Assembly: GCA_964609835.1 (NCBI GenBank)
Contig: CAZSTH010000001.1
Location: 34,087-98,086, forward strand
Length of the DNA: 64,000 nt
Source: an uncultured Thermoanaerobaculia bacterium
Lineage (GTDB): Bacteria > Acidobacteriota > Thermoanaerobaculia > Thermoanaerobaculales > Sulfomarinibacteraceae
Direction of reading: 5' to 3'
Shown here: positions 59,661-64,000 of the stretch, one piece after another
How positions within the stretch are numbered: position 1 is the first letter of the stretch
Layout: every line of letters starts with the position of its first letter
Notes under the pieces: generated by a model
Databases searched by the model: none
What the model saw: the letters and a program-made list of their open reading frames with translations, nothing else
Told to the model about the DNA's origin: nothing
Position numbers and translations under genes: made by a program

Positions 59661-61118
59661 GTGATCCGAGATTTCCTGGACCGCCGAGGCCCCGGCAAGC
59701 TGTTCAATTACGCCAACAACCTCGTCACGATCACGGGAACCGTCCTGACCACGATGACGGGGCTGCTGATCGTCATCTTCGTCGTGGTGCAGTTCTTCGG
59801 CCACCTCGACAACCCCTACATCGGAATCTTCGCCTACCTGGTCCTCCCCGTGTTCTTCGTCGCGGGTTTGCTCATGATTCCCGCCGGAATGTGGTGGCGC
59901 CGCCGACGCCTGGTTCGCAGCGGCGCCTCCGCCGCCGAACGCTCCGCCTACCCGACCCTCGATTTCAACCGGCCGGAGATCCGACGCATCGCGCTCGTGG
60001 TGCTGGGGCTGACCGTCATCAACATCGTGATCCTCGGGTCGGCCTCCCTGTTCGCCGTCGAGCACATGGAGACCGTCCGGTTCTGCGGCGAAACCTGCCA
60101 CACCGTGATGCAGCCGGAGTACACGGCCTACCAGAAATCCCCCCACTCCCGGGTCGCCTGCGTCGACTGCCACATCGGGCCCGGGACATCGTGGTTCGTC
60201 AAATCCAAGCTCGACGGCCTCCGCCAGGTCTGGCGAACGGCTCTCGACAGCTACGACCGGCCGATTTCGACGCCGCTGCACACCCTGCGCCCGGCGCGGG
60301 AGACCTGCGAACAATGCCACTGGCCGACCAAGCATTTCGGCGACAAGCTACGGATCTTCTCGCGCACGGCCAGCGACGAGGCGAACACGCCGTCCTACAC
60401 CGCGCTGCTGCTCAAGACCGGCGGCGGCAGCCTCGACCTCGGTCGCCACGGCGGCATCCACTGGTGGCACATCTACTCCGACAATCGCATCCGATACGTC
60501 TCCGACGAGTCGCGGGATCACATCAGCTGGGTGGAGCTCCGTACCGCCGCGGGCGAGGTGCGAACCTACACGAGAGACGGCGACCCGCCACCCTCACCGG
60601 CGGAGATCGAAGCAGCCAAGATCATGGACTGCGTCGACTGCCACAATCGTCCGACCCACACATTTCCAGTCCCCGCAAAGGCCGTCGACAGCCTCCTCGA
60701 CACCCATCCGCGGCTCCGGTCTCTGCCCTATTTCAAGCGCGAGGCGGTGGCGGCAATCGAGGGCGAGTACCCGACCCGCGCGGACGGTATCGCGGCCGTG
60801 ACCTCAGCGCTCGAAGAGTTCTACCGGCAACAGTATCCAAGCCTCGCCACGACCGACTGGGAGATCATCCGGTCCGCGGCGCGGCAGGCGGCAGAGATCT
60901 ACGGGCGCATCGTGTTTCCGGCCATGGACACCGATTGGGAAACTCATCCCAACCACATCGGACACGACGACTTCCCCGGCTGCTGGCGCTGCCACGACGA
61001 CGAGATGTCGACGTCGGACGGCGAGCACTCGATCCCGATGGATTGCGAGAATTGCCATGTCTTCCTGGTCCAGGACAGCCCGAACGCTCCCGAGTTCGCG
61101 TATGCGCTCGAAGAGTGA
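59661..61118 (+). CDS. membrane-anchored hexahaem c-type cytochrome (NapC/NirT-related, ImcH-like layout)
   Basis: Three N-terminal TM helices, then CGETCH, CVDCH, CEQCH, CVDCH, CWRCH and CENCH. Start set to GTG 59661 with an AAGGGAGAG SD; alternatives are ATG 59613 or 59457. Confidence 0.85.
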   Translation: MIRDFLDRRGPGKLFNYANNLVTITGTVLTTMTGLLIVIFVVVQFFGHLDNPYIGIFAYLVLPVFFVAGLLMIPAGMWWRRRRLVRSGASAAERSAYPTLDFNRPEIRRIALVVLGLTVINIVILGSASLFAVEHMETVRFCGETCHTVMQPEYTAYQKSPHSRVACVDCHIGPGTSWFVKSKLDGLRQVWRTALDSYDRPISTPLHTLRPARETCEQCHWPTKHFGDKLRIFSRTASDEANTPSYTALLLKTGGGSLDLGRHGGIHWWHIYSDNRIRYVSDESRDHISWVELRTAAGEVRTYTRDGDPPPSPAEIEAAKIMDCVDCHNRPTHTFPVPAKAVDSLLDTHPRLRSLPYFKREAVAAIEGEYPTRADGIAAVTSALEEFYRQQYPSLATTDWEIIRSAARQAAEIYGRIVFPAMDTDWETHPNHIGHDDFPGCWRCHDDEMSTSDGEHSIPMDCENCHVFLVQDSPNAPEFAYALEE

Positions 61119-61398
61119 GGGCCGCGTGCTCAAAACGCGAGCAGCGTCCTGACACGCCGGTATTGTCGCGCCGGTTGCCGTTCGAAAACGGCGGGGGTCG
61201 GTTGTCTTGGCGTCTATCCGCGTTTATTTTGCACGGCGTACCCTAGGACACCTCCGCGCAAATCTATGATTTCCTGAGCCTTGCCGGAGAAGCGTTGGTT
61301 CCCTCCCCAGGAGCGGGACAGTTCCCATCTGAGTTTCCGGGTGGGTACGTGCTAGTCTCAATAATCGGAGAGGGAATTCTCCCTGGGGGCGCACCGAG

Positions 61399-62550
61399 AT
61401 GGAGTGGTTGGAGCAGAACATCGATGCCTACCGCATCGTGTCCGAAATTCTGGGTCAGCTGCGGATCGCCGTCCGCGAGGGCCTGGAGCGGGCGTACGCC
61501 GATGACTGGTTCCGTGAGGGCCTTCCGCAGGAAGTCTTCGACCGGCTGGTTGCCGCCAAGGAGCGTGAAAAGTCGATCGACTGGTACGAGGGCCAGTACC
61601 AGCAGATCATGGACTACGCGACCTTTCCAGACCTGATCCAGATCCTCGAGAAGAACTCCGACCTGTTTCCCGCGTTCGTCGGCCTCGCCCCCAGCCCGGC
61701 CCTCCTCCACGCCCGCTTCCTCGAGCTTGACGTCATGCGCGCCAAGCTCGGGCGCGCCCGCCCCATCAGCGAGACCGAGCTGTCGTTCCTCGGAACCTTC
61801 CACCTCCGTTTCCGCAAGGCCGTTGCGGAGGCCAATGCGGAAGGTCCCGACGATGCGCCCCCGAAGGTCCACGAGGTGCCCCGCTCCGAATCCCCGGGCG
61901 ACGACGAGAAGGTGCCGCCGACGTCCGCGAAACAGAAGGGCCCTGGCCGCGACGAGCCGACCCGGCCGCAACGGCCGGCGTCCATTTCGGCTCCTGACGA
62001 GGCGGATGAGAAAAAGAAGAAAAGGAAGAAGAAGGCCGCCTCCGAGGAGGACGACATTCCGACCAAGGAGATCTCGTCTTCGGACGCGGACCGCACGGCG
62101 GCGGGCGAGGACCTGGACGACGGCGACGACGACCGCGACGCTGAAGACCAGGAGGCCACCGGCTCCGATCTCGAGGAAGAGGCCTCTCCTCGCGAGGCGC
62201 CCGCGACCGTCACCACCAAGATCAGCGACGCGCTCGAAGACAACAACCACGTCGAGATCCTCCGCCATCTCTACCGGGAGGTGACCCGGATCGCCGAGGG
62301 GGTGTGGAGCAACGAGACGACACCGGCGCCGCTGATCTGGGAGCAGGTCACGGCCAGCGACTGGTACGAGCGCAACTTCTCACGTCTCGGGCTGCAGCCG
62401 TTGTCCGCGTTCTACGACGTAGCGGCCAAGATCGAGGCCAGAACCCGCGATGGCATCGACAAGAAACAACTCCAGGAGCTCCTCAAGGACTCCAACTTCG
62501 CGCGCACGCTGCTCCAGCTCAGGGACATGTTCCAGGCCAACGACATCTGA
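61399..62550 (+). CDS. Swt1-like-HEPN-related protein with central highly charged disordered region
   Basis: The N-terminal LRIAVREGLERAYADDWFREGLPQEVFDRL...MDYATFPDLIQILEKNSDLF...LDVMRAKLGRARPISETE resembles the Swt1-like HEPN pattern, but RAKLGR replaces RNxxAH. The middle contains EKKKKRKKKAASEEDD within D/E-rich tracts. Confidence 0.65.
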   Translation: MEWLEQNIDAYRIVSEILGQLRIAVREGLERAYADDWFREGLPQEVFDRLVAAKEREKSIDWYEGQYQQIMDYATFPDLIQILEKNSDLFPAFVGLAPSPALLHARFLELDVMRAKLGRARPISETELSFLGTFHLRFRKAVAEANAEGPDDAPPKVHEVPRSESPGDDEKVPPTSAKQKGPGRDEPTRPQRPASISAPDEADEKKKKRKKKAASEEDDIPTKEISSSDADRTAAGEDLDDGDDDRDAEDQEATGSDLEEEASPREAPATVTTKISDALEDNNHVEILRHLYREVTRIAEGVWSNETTPAPLIWEQVTASDWYERNFSRLGLQPLSAFYDVAAKIEARTRDGIDKKQLQELLKDSNFARTLLQLRDMFQANDI

Positions 62551-62559
62551 ATGTCGGAT

Positions 62560-63987
62560 TTACGCGGGCGGAAACTGTTCCGTGTAGGCGGCGTAGCGGC
62601 GGAGAATGCGACGCGTGTAGCCCACCGCCCGCCGGCAACGGCACACACCAGCCGGGAACTGTCGCGCCACCTCCGGATCGTCCAGCAGCAGCATCGCTGT
62701 CTCGACCGACCCCGCCCAGCGGTCCGGATCGAAGTCCATCTCCGCCGCCAACCGGCGAGCGTCGAAGACGTGGCGCGGACCAACGTTGTAGGAGGCGACC
62801 GCCATCGCCACCCGGTCCGGCAACGGCAGATCCAGGAACTCGTCCATCAACCGCCGCAGGTATCTCGCACCAGCTTCTGCAGCCTCTCCAGGGTGGTGGG
62901 GGTCGTCGACGCCCAGCTCCGCCCAGGTGAAGGGCATGAACTGGAACAGTCCGGCCGATCCGCCCGGCCCCACCGCCTCCGGATCGAATCGCGACTCCTC
63001 GTACATCAGCGACGCCAGCAGCCGCCAGTCGATTTCGTGGCGGCGGCCGACGAACTTCAAGAGCTCGTCGTAGGGGCTCAACGCGCCGTCGGGAATCGGC
63101 AGGGAGGTACGGATCCTCGGCGGCTCCCACGAGCCGAGCTCGTTGAGCACCAGCTGCTTGACCAGGCCCGACCGGCGGGCTTCGCCGATGAAGCGGTTGG
63201 CGGCACGGTGGAGGCGGGGTGACGACGGGTTGAGCAGCCACACCAGCTTGACATTCGGGATGACCGTCGGTCCGCGCTGCAGGTCGGGCCGGTTGGCCAG
63301 CTCGAGCCTGGCCGCGTCCTCGTCGACGACGGCCACCGGCAGCTCGCCCCGAGCCACGTCGAGAAGCGACGCGAACGCGTCGTGGGTGGCCGGCGACCTG
63401 GGGCGCATGGGCGCCGCCAGCGGCATCAGCCGGCAGAGGCTCGCCACCGGGCGGGAGGCGGCGATGCGCACGCCCGACAGGTCTTCGATCCCACCCGCCG
63501 GCCGGGCTCGAGCCGACATCACCGCAACCAGGTCGACCCTGCGGTACGGAACCGTGGCCAACAACGAGCCCTCGTCCTCCGGAGCCACCGGCTCGTGGAG
63601 TGCCGCGAGGTCGCCGTGGCCGCGCCGCAGCCACACCACCGGATCGACGTCACGCGGCGGGATCGCCAGCTCGAGCCGCACTCCCAGGGTCCGCGCGAAG
63701 CTCGAGGCAAGGTCATATTCGAAGCCCTCGAGCCCACCGTGCTCGACGGTGCACGTGGTGGCCGAGTTTCTGGTCACGAGGCGGAGCGCGCCCGCCTGCT
63801 GAACCTCACGCAGATCGCGGCACTCCGCCACCGGAGTGCCGCGCGCGAGCACCTTCTCCGCGAACAAGAAGTGGTCGACGGCCATCCTCAGCCGGCGGTT
63901 GGTGGGCCGGACCGCCCACACCAGCCCTCGCGGCGGGGCGACGGGTCCCAGGACCCCCAGCTCCCGGCCCACGCCCATGCGCAACAC
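62560..63987 (-). CDS. MltF-like lytic transglycosylase (SBP_bac_3 domain + SLT domain)
   Basis: The C-terminal LMYEESRFDPEAVGPGGSAGLFQFMPFTW...SYNVGP is an SLT catalytic domain. The N-terminal half resembles a periplasmic solute-binding fold. The 5' end may extend beyond the window. Confidence 0.8.
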   Translation of the reverse strand: MLRMGVGRELGVLGPVAPPRGLVWAVRPTNRRLRMAVDHFLFAEKVLARGTPVAECRDLREVQQAGALRLVTRNSATTCTVEHGGLEGFEYDLASSFARTLGVRLELAIPPRDVDPVVWLRRGHGDLAALHEPVAPEDEGSLLATVPYRRVDLVAVMSARARPAGGIEDLSGVRIAASRPVASLCRLMPLAAPMRPRSPATHDAFASLLDVARGELPVAVVDEDAARLELANRPDLQRGPTVIPNVKLVWLLNPSSPRLHRAANRFIGEARRSGLVKQLVLNELGSWEPPRIRTSLPIPDGALSPYDELLKFVGRRHEIDWRLLASLMYEESRFDPEAVGPGGSAGLFQFMPFTWAELGVDDPHHPGEAAEAGARYLRRLMDEFLDLPLPDRVAMAVASYNVGPRHVFDARRLAAEMDFDPDRWAGSVETAMLLLDDPEVARQFPAGVCRCRRAVGYTRRILRRYAAYTEQFPPA

Positions 63988-64000
63988 GAGATCGGAATCA

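Noticed and set aside
57561-60335. 924-aa minus-strand ORF spanning the multihaem gene, the intergenic region and the antisense of the hexahaem gene
   Set aside because: The product is Arg/Pro/Gly-rich and low in complexity, with no motifs. It overlaps two ORFs with overwhelming CxxCH and TM evidence. This is a typical shadow frame of GC-rich DNA.
61264-62268. 334-aa minus-strand ORF opposite the HEPN-like gene
   Set aside because: It is a low-complexity R/G/L/V-rich translation that mirrors the charged repeat region of the plus-strand gene. The plus-strand frame has domain-like sequence.

Overview
This is a visibly GC-rich, gene-dense bacterial chromosomal segment with about 47 protein genes and one RNase P RNA. 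I recognised no rRNA, tRNA, CRISPR array, transposase or integrase. All domain calls are by-eye motif recognition with no searches run, and lineage cannot be fixed from sequence alone. LpxH, an MltF-type transglycosylase and lipobox signals indicate a diderm. An oadGAB-like Na+ decarboxylase, an exact FNR-type box and giant multihaem cytochromes suggest an anaerobic or facultative respiratory lifestyle.

Layout:
- Left: cmk (partial), a DUF1573 protein, a cupin/4Fe-4S pair, a divergent LarA-like/AMMECR1 pair, a rhomboid with a long C-terminal extension, and a TrmJ-like methyltransferase. A long minus-strand array follows: DUF1015-serA-serC-lpxH-aroA-giant sigma-54 activator, then murB-TPR.
- Middle: MFS transporter, M14 peptidase, AGXT-type aminotransferase, AI-2E permease, oadGAB-like operon, sulfatase-like lipoprotein, carbamoyltransferase-SxtJ-DUF5989 triad, PMM/PGM, SRAP and GYF-AIM24.
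- Right, mostly minus strand: aminotransferase plus a GCL-like::M20 fusion, recG, a cNMP-binding/FHA protein, ldcA, rnpB, a macro-like ORF, a ClpX-like ATPase coupled to an M29 aminopeptidase, and an SDR. On the plus strand sits a 1584-aa acyl-adenylate ligase/kinase-like/GNAT protein with a coupled membrane protein. Next come a 23-haem cytochrome c::b fusion divergent from a hexahaem NapC/NirT-like protein, a degenerate HEPN-like protein, and an MltF-like gene.

Most interesting observations:
1. A consensus sigma-54 promoter plus an intrinsic terminator lie on the strand opposite all neighbouring genes. Together they predict a ~75-nt antisense, CU-rich RNA wedged between the sigma-54 activator gene and the murB leader.
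2. The giant multihaem quinol-oxidoreductase-like pair.
3. A ClpX paralogue lacking the zinc finger, GYVG and IGF loops, translationally coupled to an exopeptidase.
4. The ligase/kinase-like/GNAT giant protein with its membrane partner.
5. The aminotransferase plus GCL::M20 fusion.
6. A strictly intergenic TACAAT -10 motif, and a set of leaderless-type promoter geometries.
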